The position numbers were made by a program, and so were the translations under genes. A stretch of 64,000 nt of DNA from an uncultured Methanosarcinales archaeon. Its GTDB lineage: Archaea; Nanobdellota; Nanobdellia; Woesearchaeales; GW2011-AR9. The stretch spans positions 348,705 to 412,704 of the forward strand of contig CAYFJV010000001.1 in assembly GCA_964343575.1 (NCBI GenBank), given 5' to 3'. Positions within the stretch are counted from its first letter, which is position 1, and the number at the start of each line of letters is the position of its first letter. The notes under the pieces were generated by a model. It had not been told where the DNA came from. It made no database searches and was given only the letters and a program-made list of their open reading frames with translations. Shown here piece after piece: positions 37,751-48,109 of the stretch.

Positions 37751-38404
37751 ATGTGGCTCGCAAAGTTTACTATGCGACACAATTGTATTGTAGGAAATCG
37801 TTGTAAAAAGTTTAGCTGCAGCTCTTCTTGTTATCCCCTCAATAGTTATTCAGATGGAAAGTATAACTACTTCTTTAACTTAGAGAAACTTTCCGGGAAA
37901 AAAGATGACATCAAAGCATTTGTTAAAGATCTGAAGAAGGACAAAGATGTGCTTGAAGTGCAAACACTTGGAAACACTTTTTTTATCGCTTTTAGAGAAG
38001 ATAGAGAGATGAGTGGTCCCCTACAATTACATCATCAACAGGTAATTAACCTCAAACCAGTACATGTTGACACTGAAGGCGTAGAGCACTGGGAAGTAGG
38101 GAGTTGGAAAAAAGAGTACTTGATGAATTTTATTGCTCAAGTACAAGCAGTTCCAGCTTACGCAGCGGAGTTTAGACTTTTGCGAATGGAAAGGAGTTCC
38201 TTTAAAGATGTTTATTTTCCACATATCATGCCACTTATGACTCCTTCGCAAAGGATTGCTTTGAGTTTGGCAAAGGAGAATGGTTACTATGATTTTCCTC
38301 GGAAAATTGGTTTGCGAAAGCTTGCTGAGATTATGGGACTTTCTCTTTCAACGTATCGAGAGCATTTACGTAAAGCAGAGCGTTCTTTGTTGAAGAATTA
38401 TTAG
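37751..38404 (+). CDS. Bat/HTH-10 family transcription regulator (paralog of 8016-8657)
   Basis: GGAGG SD; MTPSQ...GYYDFPRKI...HLRKAE. Confidence 0.88.
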   Translation: MWLAKFTMRHNCIVGNRCKKFSCSSSCYPLNSYSDGKYNYFFNLEKLSGKKDDIKAFVKDLKKDKDVLEVQTLGNTFFIAFREDREMSGPLQLHHQQVINLKPVHVDTEGVEHWEVGSWKKEYLMNFIAQVQAVPAYAAEFRLLRMERSSFKDVYFPHIMPLMTPSQRIALSLAKENGYYDFPRKIGLRKLAEIMGLSLSTYREHLRKAERSLLKNY

Positions 38405-38974
38405 CTAACCATCAGTTTTGGTAGGAGAAACCATTAGTGGGCGAGGGAGTAGAAGTTCTAGAAGGGCGTTTGCTGTTCTGATTTGTCCCAACGTGCTGTC
38501 AGAAAAACTTGGATTGAAGTGAGCTCCTCCTTTAGCAGTATACACATGATAGTTACCAAGGGAAGATTGTAGAGGTAAACCAAGGCTAAGGTAAGTTCCC
38601 TGTTCTTGCAAAGTGAAACCATCTAAACCATAATCTAAGAATTCGATGGCTGCTTGGTCGTGGGAAATGTCAAAAGAAAGGTTCTTTCTTCCGAGTATTC
38701 TTGGAGGGCTGATGCTTCTTTCAGTGTAGAAAAAAAACCAGTCACCTAAGCGACAAGTGTAACTTGTTTCCCCATCGCCTTCTCTTCTCTCAAGATAGCG
38801 ATCAAGACAATAGGAAGCAACCGCCCCAAGTTCTTCCCTTGGAGAATGGTTTGGAATTGGGCCTGAAAAATGCTTCTCTTGAGGGGAACAAGAGCTTGTA
38901 AACAATAAAATTGCTAGCAAGGAAATTCTAGGCAGGGTGCCCGAAGGAAGTCCAGAACGCTCGAAATATTTCAT
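38405..38974 (-). CDS. hypothetical protein, possible lipoprotein
   Basis: Hydrophobic stretch ending in SSC. Confidence 0.5.
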   Translation of the reverse strand: MKYFERSGLPSGTLPRISLLAILLFTSSCSPQEKHFSGPIPNHSPREELGAVASYCLDRYLERREGDGETSYTCRLGDWFFFYTERSISPPRILGRKNLSFDISHDQAAIEFLDYGLDGFTLQEQGTYLSLGLPLQSSLGNYHVYTAKGGAHFNPSFSDSTLGQIRTANALLELLLPRPLMVSPTKTDG

Positions 38975-39103
38975 TGTTTTTTGACAGAATGGTTGTTTTT
39001 TAATTTAAATCTGTCGTTTTGCATACAAATTTACCGAAAAATTCTCTGTTTCATGTAAATGTTTAAAAAAGGAATTGTTTTTTGGGACATTGGTGAATTT
39101 TAT

Positions 39104-39598
39104 ATGAAAAAAATTGTAATTTTTGTTGTAGCTTTGATTTTGCTTTCTTTCTTTGCTCTAGCTGGAAATGAAGGACATCTTGGCGCAGAAGGTGAGCTTT
39201 GTGGTGCTGGTTGTGAAGTTCGTGTTGGGGAGTTCCTTGATCTTGGAGAAGGAGGTTTTCTTACAATCTCTGTAAACCCTTCAGAAGGACTAGACTTCTC
39301 CATTAGGGTTGATTCAATGGATTATGAAGGAGGACACTTTTTGACTTTCACTCACAGTGAAACTGGTGAAGAAAGTTCTTTGTTTATTCCGGCAGGAACT
39401 TCAGATGAAGATGCAGTATCCATGATTAAATCAGAGTTAGTAAAATACATGAGTGATGAAAAGGCTCAAAAAACTGCTGAAGAGACTTGGAAAAACCTTA
39501 AAGGTGAAAGTAACGAAGAAGGTGAAGATTCAAATGATAAAGGAAGCTTTATCGACTATGGAGATGGAAGTTGTCCTCCAGGGATCATTCTTTGTTAG
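39104..39598 (+). CDS. Secreted acidic hypothetical protein
   Basis: MKKIVIFVVALILLSFFALA signal peptide. Confidence 0.65.
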   Translation: MKKIVIFVVALILLSFFALAGNEGHLGAEGELCGAGCEVRVGEFLDLGEGGFLTISVNPSEGLDFSIRVDSMDYEGGHFLTFTHSETGEESSLFIPAGTSDEDAVSMIKSELVKYMSDEKAQKTAEETWKNLKGESNEEGEDSNDKGSFIDYGDGSCPPGIILC

Positions 39599-39792
39599 TT
39601 TCTAGATTTTTTTTCTTTTTTATTCTCTTTTCTCCTGAAAAAGTGAGATTAATTGTAACTATTTTCGACAAAAAGAATTTTTGAAATTAGCGTGTGGTTA
39701 AAAAGGTAAGAAACAAAAAGAAAAAACAAGAAAAAAGCTAAGCACAAAGAAATCAAGAATTTCTTGTGCAAAAAACAGAAAGTGTTCTGTTT

Positions 39793-41982
39793 TTATGCTC
39801 CTAAGGAGCCTGCGCTTAATCCCTTCCTTTGGATGATCTGTTGCTTTACTTTATCCTGAAGCTCCATCGGTAACTTTTCAAACTTCTGGGAGATCAAGCT
39901 GCTGCTTCCTCGCCCACCAGTTGCGCTACGCAATGCGTTACTCCATCCAAAGAGTTCTCCTACTGGCATCTCTGCTTTAACCACAGTAAGGTCTCCTTCT
40001 TGTTGCATGTCAAGCAATTTTCCACGCCTTCCAGATACCAACTTAGACATTTCACCCATGTACTCGGTTGGAGCTTCAATACGAGTTACTTGCAATGGCT
40101 CATACAATACTGGGCCAGCAGTCATGATTGCAGCACGAATACCGTCACGAACAGTGGGGTACATCTGCGCAGGACCTCTGTGAATTGCATCTTCGTGCAA
40201 CTTACAATCTTTTAATCTGATCATCATGTTAACACAAGGCTCTTTTGCAAGAGGACCAGCTTTCATAACGTCTTGAAACATGTCAAGAACCATCTCCATG
40301 ATCTCATTAATGTGTACGATTCCCCTCGTGTCATCAATGAACATGTTACCTTCAAAGACAGCCTTTACGTTGCTTGCCTGTTTTGCATCCCAACCTTCTC
40401 CTCGCAAAAATTCAGTTACTGCTTGATCTTTCTTCTTGAAGCGACCAGTAGGCATCTCTCCGCTAATAATCCCATCAATGATTCCTTGTGGGAGTGGCTC
40501 AACAGTAAAGTACAACTTGTTGTGCTTGTTAGGAGACTTTCCTTCAGCTTCAGTACCTGGTTTAGTAACTGCTTCACGATATACCACGATAGGAGGAGAT
40601 GTTTTTACTTCTACACCTTTCTCAGTTTTAATCCTATTCTCAATGATCTCCAAGTGAAGCTCGCCCATACCATGCATTAAGTGCTCACCAGTCTCTTCGT
40701 TAATCTCAACTTTGATGGTTGGATCTTCTTTTTGTACTTGATGAAGAACTTCAATCAACTTTGGTAAATCTGCAGGACGCTTAGCTTCAATAGCTTTACT
40801 TACTACAGGATCAAAGATATGTGAAATTGCATCGAAAGGTTCGTTCGGTCCACCAGCAGTTGCAGTTTCTCCCGGCATTCCTCCTTTCAGACCACCAACA
40901 CCAATGATGTTTCCTGACACTGCATGGTCTACAATCTCTCGCTTCGCACCGTTATAGATGTATACTTGCTGTACACGACCAGGAACATTTGCTCTATTCA
41001 AGAAGACTTCATCTCCCTTCTTTAGTTTTCCACTAAACAAACGTCCTGCAGCAATTTCTCCTGCTTGAGGATCAACTACTACTTTAGTGATTACAAAGAA
41101 TGCTTTTCCGTTCGGATCACAAGAAGTTAATGCCCTCCCTTCGGTGCTTTCTAAATCACCATGCCAGAGGTTAGGTACACGGTATCCTTGCGCAACAACC
41201 GGGTTAGGGTGGTGCTCTACTACCATATCAAGTACTACTTCATGCAGTGGTGCTTTCTTAGCTAAAGCTTTGTAAGCTTCAGTATCATTATCATCTTGGT
41301 AAGCAGCGATGATGTCTGCGAAAGAAATTCCTTTCTTCTGCATGTAAGGTAAACTCAATGCCCAGTTATGAAAAGCGCTCCCAAAAGCTACAGTTCCATT
41401 CTGTACATTAACTAACCAATCGTCAGCTTTTCCTTCAGGTAAAAGACCTTTGATGATCTTGTTAATCTCTGCAATTTGCTTGATAAATCGCTCTTGCATT
41501 TGCTGTGGAGTTAACTGTAGCTCCTTGATGAGCCTGTCAACTTTGTTGATGAAAAGTACAGGTTTTACTTTCTCACGTAGCGCTTGCCTAAGAACAGTTT
41601 CAGTCTGTGGCATTGCTCCTTCTGAAGCACAGATAAGAACGATTGCTCCATCTACTGCACGCATTGCTCGTGTTACGTCACCACCGAAGTCAACGTGACC
41701 AGGAGTATCAATTAAGTTGATCAAGAACTCATCTCCTTCAACTTTGTGTACCATAGATACCGCTGCGGAGTCGATGGTAATTCCACGTTCTGCTTCGTCG
41801 TCGTGAAAGTCAAGTTGTCTTGCTTTTCCTGCAAGAGCTTCACTCATCATACCAGCTCCGGAGAGAAGGTTGTCTGAGAATGTAGTTTTTCCGTGGTCAA
41901 TGTGAGCACAGATTGCGATATTACGGATATGTTTTGGATCTTCCATGATCCGGGTTACCATATCCACCATTTTTTCTGCCAT
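39793..41982 (-). CDS. fusA: Elongation factor 2
   Basis: AHIDHGKTT, ERGITI, DTPGHVDF, NKVD, MGELHL; diphthamide-site LHEDAIHRGPAQ. Confidence 0.98.
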   Translation of the reverse strand: MAEKMVDMVTRIMEDPKHIRNIAICAHIDHGKTTFSDNLLSGAGMMSEALAGKARQLDFHDDEAERGITIDSAAVSMVHKVEGDEFLINLIDTPGHVDFGGDVTRAMRAVDGAIVLICASEGAMPQTETVLRQALREKVKPVLFINKVDRLIKELQLTPQQMQERFIKQIAEINKIIKGLLPEGKADDWLVNVQNGTVAFGSAFHNWALSLPYMQKKGISFADIIAAYQDDNDTEAYKALAKKAPLHEVVLDMVVEHHPNPVVAQGYRVPNLWHGDLESTEGRALTSCDPNGKAFFVITKVVVDPQAGEIAAGRLFSGKLKKGDEVFLNRANVPGRVQQVYIYNGAKREIVDHAVSGNIIGVGGLKGGMPGETATAGGPNEPFDAISHIFDPVVSKAIEAKRPADLPKLIEVLHQVQKEDPTIKVEINEETGEHLMHGMGELHLEIIENRIKTEKGVEVKTSPPIVVYREAVTKPGTEAEGKSPNKHNKLYFTVEPLPQGIIDGIISGEMPTGRFKKKDQAVTEFLRGEGWDAKQASNVKAVFEGNMFIDDTRGIVHINEIMEMVLDMFQDVMKAGPLAKEPCVNMMIRLKDCKLHEDAIHRGPAQMYPTVRDGIRAAIMTAGPVLYEPLQVTRIEAPTEYMGEMSKLVSGRRGKLLDMQQEGDLTVVKAEMPVGELFGWSNALRSATGGRGSSSLISQKFEKLPMELQDKVKQQIIQRKGLSAGSLGA

Positions 41983-42042
41983 GTTCTTACCTCATAAGAT
42001 TATGTTTGTTATATCTGTTTTTTGCTTTGTTTCTTACTTAGT

Positions 42043-42525
42043 CTATTCTAAGATGTGCAAATCATGCACGGTCCGATAGCTGTGTAGTTCTTCAGGTCTA
42101 AACCAAAGTGCGATCTCTTTCTCTGCATCTTTCTTATCAGCAGAAGCGTGCACAAGATTCTTTAGAGCAATTCCTTTTTGATCTGCGTAACCATAACTTG
42201 CGTGTGCGAAGTCTCCACGAATGGTCCCAGGAGCTGCTCCTTTTGGCTCAGTACTTCCCACCATCTTCCTTACTAAAGCAATTGCTTCAACTCCCTCAAG
42301 GACAAAAGCAAGCACTGGTCCTGCTGTGATTAAGTTCTCTAATCCAGGGTAGAATGGTTTTTCTACATGCTCTGCGTAATGTTTCTCAGACATTGCTTTG
42401 TCTGCCCAGATCATTCTTGCTCCAACCATCTTTAATCCTGCGTCTTCAAAACGCATGAGAATTTTTCCCATGATGCCACGCTGAACTGCATCAGTTTTGA
42501 GTAATACTAATGTTCTTTCAATCAT
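42043..42525 (-). CDS. ndk: Nucleoside diphosphate kinase
   Basis: HYAEH, PGTIRGDF, NLVHAS. Confidence 0.96.
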   Translation of the reverse strand: MIERTLVLLKTDAVQRGIMGKILMRFEDAGLKMVGARMIWADKAMSEKHYAEHVEKPFYPGLENLITAGPVLAFVLEGVEAIALVRKMVGSTEPKGAAPGTIRGDFAHASYGYADQKGIALKNLVHASADKKDAEKEIALWFRPEELHSYRTVHDLHILE

Positions 42526-42606
42526 TTTCTTTCCACCTTTGTTTTTCCCCTTGTTTTCTTCTCGGGGGTTTCTTAGCTGTTAATCGAAAAATAAAATACA
42601 AAAAAA

Positions 42607-42816
42607 CTAAGCCTTAGCTGTTTTAGCTCCGGCTCTTTTTTGTTTCTCTGCATGATAGGTCTTGGTCCATTTGGTCTTCAGAGACTTTCTTCCCAGATGC
42701 AATTTGTTTTTCTCACACTTTCGAGAACAAAATCTATCTGTTTTCCCACTTGTGTAGACAAACAAGATACCAGTTCCTTTCATGATGGACTTTTCACAAA
42801 AACTACAATTAGCCAT
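42607..42816 (-). CDS. rpl24e: 50S ribosomal protein eL24
   Basis: CSFC...GTG...FCSRKC...KWT. Confidence 0.95.
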   Translation of the reverse strand: MANCSFCEKSIMKGTGILFVYTSGKTDRFCSRKCEKNKLHLGRKSLKTKWTKTYHAEKQKRAGAKTAKA

Positions 42817-42826
42817 TCTTTAAACC

Positions 42827-43123
42827 TCACTTGCGTCTTTTACGACCGCCAAGACGTTGCGCTTCAATTTCAGTGTCAAGCAACATTAAAATGTCTCCTT
42901 TACGAACAGGACCTTTAACATTTCTTCGAATTGCTTTGTTCTTATCACGACCATCTAAAATAAGGGCCATAACTTGAGAAAGTCCTCCACGGCTTCCTGC
43001 ACGAGTAATTACTTCTTTTACCTCAGCAGGCCAAGCTTCTGCAAAAAGAGCTCCGCTATCTGCTTTTCCCTTAGCGTCTTTCTTGCCGCCTTTCCCTCTT
43101 GATTGTGTTTGATCTCTAGCCAT
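42827..43123 (-). CDS. rps28e: 30S ribosomal protein eS28 with N-terminal extension
   Basis: RNVKGPVRKGDIL.L.DTE.EA; conserved operon position. Confidence 0.93.
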   Translation of the reverse strand: MARDQTQSRGKGGKKDAKGKADSGALFAEAWPAEVKEVITRAGSRGGLSQVMALILDGRDKNKAIRRNVKGPVRKGDILMLLDTEIEAQRLGGRKRRK

Positions 43124-43145
43124 TTGATTCAACCTCTTACGCTAC

Positions 43146-43478
43146 TTATTGAGCCGCTGCATTTTCAGCATTAAGAGCTTCAATCAATGACTTTGCATCT
43201 CCTTCTTTTACTACAGCCACAGCCGCAGTACTTACAGGTAACCCTGCTGCTGCACCAAGATCTTCTTTCTTAGAAATTTCTACACAAAGAACACCTTTCT
43301 CTTTTGCAAGAAGTGGTAAGTGCATAACAACCTCTTTTGGAGATACATCTCCTGCAAAAACTACTAACTTAGCATCTCCCTTTTCAAGAGCCTTGGTAGC
43401 TTCGTTAGATCCTTTTCTAATTTTTCCTGTGCTTCGTGCGATTTCCACAGCTTCTAATACTTTTGCTTCATCAACCAT
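43146..43478 (-). CDS. rpl7ae: 50S ribosomal protein L7Ae (eL8)
   Basis: KIRKGSNEATKA, DVSPKEVVMHLP, LGAAAG. Confidence 0.96.
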   Translation of the reverse strand: MVDEAKVLEAVEIARSTGKIRKGSNEATKALEKGDAKLVVFAGDVSPKEVVMHLPLLAKEKGVLCVEISKKEDLGAAAGLPVSTAAVAVVKEGDAKSLIEALNAENAAAQ

Positions 43479-43612
43479 TTTTGTTTTACCCCACTAGCAT
43501 GTGTTTGCTAGTACACTTTCGTGTTTTGTCGTCTTTTGTTTTAGTTTGATCTTACCAAAAATTGACTTAGAAACTTAAGATCTTTAGAAGCTGAGAAAAA
43601 ATACTTTTCTTC

Positions 43613-43645
43613 GCCTCCAAATCTTTCCCAAGATAAGTCATTGGC
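43613..43645 (-). promoter_or_regulatory. Kink-turn in the rpl7ae 5' leader
   Basis: RNA GCC-AAU-GA-C-UU-AUCUU-GGGA-AAGAU-UU-G-GA-GGC; TTTATAAA box at 43671-43678. Confidence 0.7.
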
Positions 43646-43723
43646 AATGGTAGCTTGTGAAGGTGGTTTGTTTATAAATGTTTGGATGGAGATTAGAGAA
43701 AAAAAGTATTAGCATAAGAAAAC

Positions 43724-44410
43724 TCACTCTAAACCAAAGCCCAAATAGTCATTGATATAAGGAAAGATTGCCTCCTCTAGATCTTGTAGTGAGCAAGGAA
43801 GGTCATCGGAAGATTCAGCCTTCTCTTCTCCTGGAAACAAAGCTATCAGTTCTGCCTGATCTGCATGAGAGCCAAATCCAATATTTATCGAAGGATTACT
43901 TCCACCCGGGATGATGTACCTCAACCCACTCAGAGCACCACCACAAACAGATCTTCCTAAAAGAGAAGCATCTCCTTCACTCACACGCAAAGTAAGATAA
44001 TCTCCCTCAGAGGCATTTCCTTCTGGCGGGCAGTCATTTACCATGAACAGTGAGTCAGAAAGCCCTTGACTAGTTATATATACAGAATCTGCGTTTGAGT
44101 AAGTGACACAACCATCAGAACCCCTATGAGAACTATAAGTCCTGCTTCCTAAATCTAGAGCTCCAATTTGAACTGAATCAAAGCCTTCTAGACTGTGAAA
44201 CACATCAAGTACCCCAGAGAGTAAGTTTTTCTCATCACTTGTAAAAGGACCAACATCTTTATCCGCATAAGAACAAACAGTGTTTACTTCCCCACCAGTA
44301 ATGTGATCTTCACAAACATTAAGTGTTTCTTGTTCTGTTGGTAGTGATCCAATAGCATAGCCAAGTAAACAGAAAGCTAAACCGCCAGAAAGCAAAGTTC
44401 TTCTTCTCAT
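43724..44410 (-). CDS. Secreted hypothetical protein
   Basis: Basic N-terminus plus hydrophobic segment; several cysteines. Confidence 0.6.
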   Translation of the reverse strand: MRRRTLLSGGLAFCLLGYAIGSLPTEQETLNVCEDHITGGEVNTVCSYADKDVGPFTSDEKNLLSGVLDVFHSLEGFDSVQIGALDLGSRTYSSHRGSDGCVTYSNADSVYITSQGLSDSLFMVNDCPPEGNASEGDYLTLRVSEGDASLLGRSVCGGALSGLRYIIPGGSNPSINIGFGSHADQAELIALFPGEEKAESSDDLPCSLQDLEEAIFPYINDYLGFGLE

Positions 44411-44548
44411 GATCTTCTTTCTTTACGACTTTTTTATAAATATTTCATTTTATTTTTTTAATTTGTTGAAAAAAAGACACAATGCTCTTCTTCCATAAGC
44501 TTCTTAAAGGATTTTGAGATCATCTTTTTCCAAAATAGGTGATATCTT

Positions 44549-46408
44549 ATGTGTGGCATTACAGCGTATATTGGAGACAAAGAAGCGTTTCCCATCCTGA
44601 TCAGTGGACTTGAAAGACTTGAATACAGAGGTTACGATTCTGCAGGGGTCGCTACTCTTAACGTTGGAGAGGGAGGGGCAAGGATTCTTAAGCTTAACAA
44701 AGCAGTTGGTAAGGTTGCCAATCTAAAAACAGAGAAACTCCCTGGAAGCATTGGTCTGGCGCACACTCGTTGGGCAACTCACGGAGCTCCAACGCAAGCT
44801 AACGCCCATCCTCACCACAATGATGAACAAAGTATAGTTCTTGTGCACAATGGTATTATCGAAAACTACGCAGTACTTCGCAAAAAATTGCAAGAGAAAG
44901 GTTACTCATTCTACTCACAAACAGACACCGAAGTTCTGACAAAATTAATTGATTACTTTTCCAAAAAAGAAAAACACAAGGGAGATTTCAGAGGAGCAGT
45001 TGTTGCTGCTCTACACGAAGTTGTTGGTGCTTATGGGATTGTTATCTTAAACAAAAGTGAAGACAAATTGTACGCTGCGCGAAAAGGGAGCCCTCTTTGC
45101 TTAGGGATTGGGCAAGGAGAATATTTTATTGCTTCAGATCCTGCAGCTTTTTTGGAGCACACTCGCCGCGTGCTTTACTTGGAAGAGGACGATGTTGTGG
45201 TAGTTGATCGTAAGAGCTTCTCAGTGAGCAATATTTGTGAAGGACACGATACTTGCGTGGATCGTGATGTGACTCACATCGAATGGGACCTTTCCTCCGT
45301 GGAAAAAAATGGTTATGAACACTTCATGCTCAAAGAGATTTTTGAACAAGCTGACAGTATTAAAAATTGCATTGCTGGTCGTACTGATTTGGACCATACT
45401 GTCGCTGAGCTCAAGACAAAACTCCCAGAGAGTTTTTTGAAAAATTTGGGAAAGGTGGTTATTGCTGCTTGTGGAACCTCTTGGCACGCAGCGCAGGTTG
45501 CTAAATTTGTTATTGAAAAATACTGTCGGGTGCCCGTTGAGGTAGAATATGCCTCTGAGTTTCGTTACAAAAACCCGATCTTTGGGCAAGAAGATTTGTT
45601 CATGGTTATCTCTCAAAGCGGGGAAACTGCTGATACCCTTGCTGCGCTTAAAGAAGCGAAAGAACGTGGCGTGCGCAGTTATGGAATTGTTAATGTAGTA
45701 GGAAGTAGCATTGCTCGTGAAGTTGATGCAGGAACTTATATTCGTGCAGGTCCAGAGATTGGGGTTGCAAGTACCAAAGCCTTTACTGGACAGGTTGTTG
45801 CACTGTTACTTTTTGCTATTGCTCTTGGTCGTATCAAAGAAACACTGAGTGTTGAAAAAGCCCAAGAGATGATTCACAGTCTTGAGGATGTTCCAAGTTT
45901 AGTTGCTGAATGTCTTTTGGAAGCCGAGAAGATTAAGAAAATTGCAGAGGGACCTGCATTTATTAGTAAGCACTCTGCTTTCTTTCTTGGCAGAGGTGTT
46001 CATGTTCCAACTGCACTAGAAGGGTCCTTGAAGCTTAAGGAGATCTCTTACATTCACAGTGAAGCATTCCCTTCAGGAGAGATGAAACACGGACCAATTG
46101 CCTTACTTGATCCTGGCTTTCCAGTAGTTACCATGCTTGCTGATAATGATTTAGTCTATGAGAAGATTTTGAGCAATATCCAAGAAGTCAAGGCGCGTAG
46201 TGCCTATGTTATCGCAGTTGCCAATAAGGGAGACCAGCACGTTTCTGAGATTGCAGATGCACTTATCCGTGTGCCAAAAGTTGCTGATTACTTGCAACCA
46301 GTAATTTTTAGTGTTCCGTTGCAGTTGCTTGCTTATTACGTTGCTCTTGCTCGGGGTTGTGCTATTGATCAGCCCAAGAATTTGGCAAAAAGTGTGACTG
46401 TGGAGTGA
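44549..46408 (+). CDS. glmS: Glutamine--fructose-6-phosphate transaminase
   Basis: MCGI, LEYRGYDSAG, HTRWATHG, SQSGETAD, KHGP, NLAKSVTVE. Confidence 0.98.
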   Translation: MCGITAYIGDKEAFPILISGLERLEYRGYDSAGVATLNVGEGGARILKLNKAVGKVANLKTEKLPGSIGLAHTRWATHGAPTQANAHPHHNDEQSIVLVHNGIIENYAVLRKKLQEKGYSFYSQTDTEVLTKLIDYFSKKEKHKGDFRGAVVAALHEVVGAYGIVILNKSEDKLYAARKGSPLCLGIGQGEYFIASDPAAFLEHTRRVLYLEEDDVVVVDRKSFSVSNICEGHDTCVDRDVTHIEWDLSSVEKNGYEHFMLKEIFEQADSIKNCIAGRTDLDHTVAELKTKLPESFLKNLGKVVIAACGTSWHAAQVAKFVIEKYCRVPVEVEYASEFRYKNPIFGQEDLFMVISQSGETADTLAALKEAKERGVRSYGIVNVVGSSIAREVDAGTYIRAGPEIGVASTKAFTGQVVALLLFAIALGRIKETLSVEKAQEMIHSLEDVPSLVAECLLEAEKIKKIAEGPAFISKHSAFFLGRGVHVPTALEGSLKLKEISYIHSEAFPSGEMKHGPIALLDPGFPVVTMLADNDLVYEKILSNIQEVKARSAYVIAVANKGDQHVSEIADALIRVPKVADYLQPVIFSVPLQLLAYYVALARGCAIDQPKNLAKSVTVE

Positions 46409-46441
46409 AAGTTTAAAAAAAACCTTGCTTTTTATGGAGAG

Positions 46442-46702
46442 ATGGGCGATTACAATTTTGAAGTGACACGGGGTAGAGGCAGTGGCGATGGTCCAAGAGA
46501 TGAACTGAGCGATGCCCTAGCAGACCTTCTAATTCCAGGAGCGCTTTCTAGAAAATTATATTCTAGTTCTCTCCCAAGGAGAGGTCGTCTTGATGTTTCT
46601 CCAGAACTAATGGCTTTAGTTGGATTAGGAGTTCCATTAGTCTCTTATAGTGTCCTTGCTGGTGGTCTTTACATGTTAGCAGAGAACTGTCACCTGCTCT
46701 AA
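46442..46702 (+). CDS. Small hypothetical membrane protein
   Basis: 86 aa; C-terminal hydrophobic helix. Confidence 0.45.
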   Translation: MGDYNFEVTRGRGSGDGPRDELSDALADLLIPGALSRKLYSSSLPRRGRLDVSPELMALVGLGVPLVSYSVLAGGLYMLAENCHLL

Positions 46703-46757
46703 ATTAGAAAGTGAAGAATAACAATCAATAAAAATACTTTTTTCTCTTTCCATTCGT

Positions 46758-48050
46758 ATGGGTAATTCGCATTCTTTTCGCTACGCACACCTTGCAGACC
46801 TGCACCTTGGCAGCTGGCGCGAGCCAAAGATGCGTGAAATCTCCACCAAGGTATTTCTTCGCGCAATTGATGACTGTATTGAAGCTGGAGTCGATTTTAT
46901 TCTCTTTGCTGGAGATCTCTTTAACACCAGTATGCCAGCAGTTGATACGCTTAAAATTGTGACCAAAAAGTTAAAGGAATTGCAAGAGAAAGGAATCCCT
47001 CTGTATGCTATTGCAGGAAGCCATGATTTTTCTCCAAGCGGGAAGACCATGCTTGATGTACTTGAAAACGCAGGACTACTTGTTAATGTGTGTAAGGGAA
47101 GCGTTGATCCAGAAACAAAATTGTTGAATCTCTCTGTTGTCGTTGATCAAAAAACTGGAGCGAAAATTGCTGGAATCATTGGTAGACGAGGAATGCTTGA
47201 TAGAACTTATTATGAAAACTTGAATCGAGTTGAATTGGAGAAAGAGGGCGGGTATAAGATCTTTATGTTTCACACCACACTTACTGAGCTTAAGCCAAAG
47301 CATTTAGAGATGCTTGACTCACAACCAGCATCCTTCCTGCCGAAGAGTTTTAACTATTATGCAGGAGGACACATCCATCACCGTAACTTGATTGAGATTC
47401 CAGAATATGGCACGCTTACTTACACTGGAGCCCTTTTCCCAAATAATTTTGCAGAACTTGAGAAGTATAGTTATGGAGGTTTTTACCTTGTTGATGTGCA
47501 AAAGGTGGAAGAAGGGAATGGTGAGGGAAACTTTAGCCAAAGCATTGAATGGAAAGCAGTGCAAGTTGTGAAACATAAAAAAATTATTTTTGACTGCAAT
47601 GCAAAAACAGCCTTACAGGTTGAAAAAGAGCTTCATGACTCCTTGAAGGAAGAGGATTTGAGTAATACCCTTATCACTTTACGCTTATTTGGAAGCCTTT
47701 TAGAGGGGAAGGGGAGTGATATTAATTTTAAGGAAGTTTTTGAGCAATGGTACGCACAAGGTGCTTACTTTATTATGAAACATACAAGCAAACTTGTTTC
47801 TCCTGAGTTTGAAGAGATCTCTTTGAGTAGCTCTCAGCAAAGTCCAGAGCTTGTTGAAAAGGAACTGATCAAAGAGCATGCAGGACAAGGTGTTTTTTCT
47901 CCTGCACTCACAGAGAGTTTAGCTACGTCGCTTCTTGCTGGCTTGCACACCAAAAAGCAAGAAGGAGAAAAGAGCTATGACTTTCAAAAAAGAGTTTTTG
48001 CAGAGTTGGATACGCTTTTTCAGAAGCATCAAGAAAAGAAAAATGTTTAG
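46758..48050 (+). CDS. mre11: Mre11/SbcD-family metallophosphoesterase nuclease
   Basis: HLADLHLG, AGDLF, GSHD, MFH, YAGGHIH. Confidence 0.85.
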   Translation: MGNSHSFRYAHLADLHLGSWREPKMREISTKVFLRAIDDCIEAGVDFILFAGDLFNTSMPAVDTLKIVTKKLKELQEKGIPLYAIAGSHDFSPSGKTMLDVLENAGLLVNVCKGSVDPETKLLNLSVVVDQKTGAKIAGIIGRRGMLDRTYYENLNRVELEKEGGYKIFMFHTTLTELKPKHLEMLDSQPASFLPKSFNYYAGGHIHHRNLIEIPEYGTLTYTGALFPNNFAELEKYSYGGFYLVDVQKVEEGNGEGNFSQSIEWKAVQVVKHKKIIFDCNAKTALQVEKELHDSLKEEDLSNTLITLRLFGSLLEGKGSDINFKEVFEQWYAQGAYFIMKHTSKLVSPEFEEISLSSSQQSPELVEKELIKEHAGQGVFSPALTESLATSLLAGLHTKKQEGEKSYDFQKRVFAELDTLFQKHQEKKNV

Positions 48051-48109
48051 CTCTGTAAAGAAAAGACAGAGAAAAGAAAAATTTGGACCTGCGGGGCCTA
48101 GGGTCTACC

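Noticed and set aside
39742..39769. Hairpin downstream of fusA
   Set aside because: A single short stem in a U/A-rich convergent gap; an ordinary terminator-like feature.
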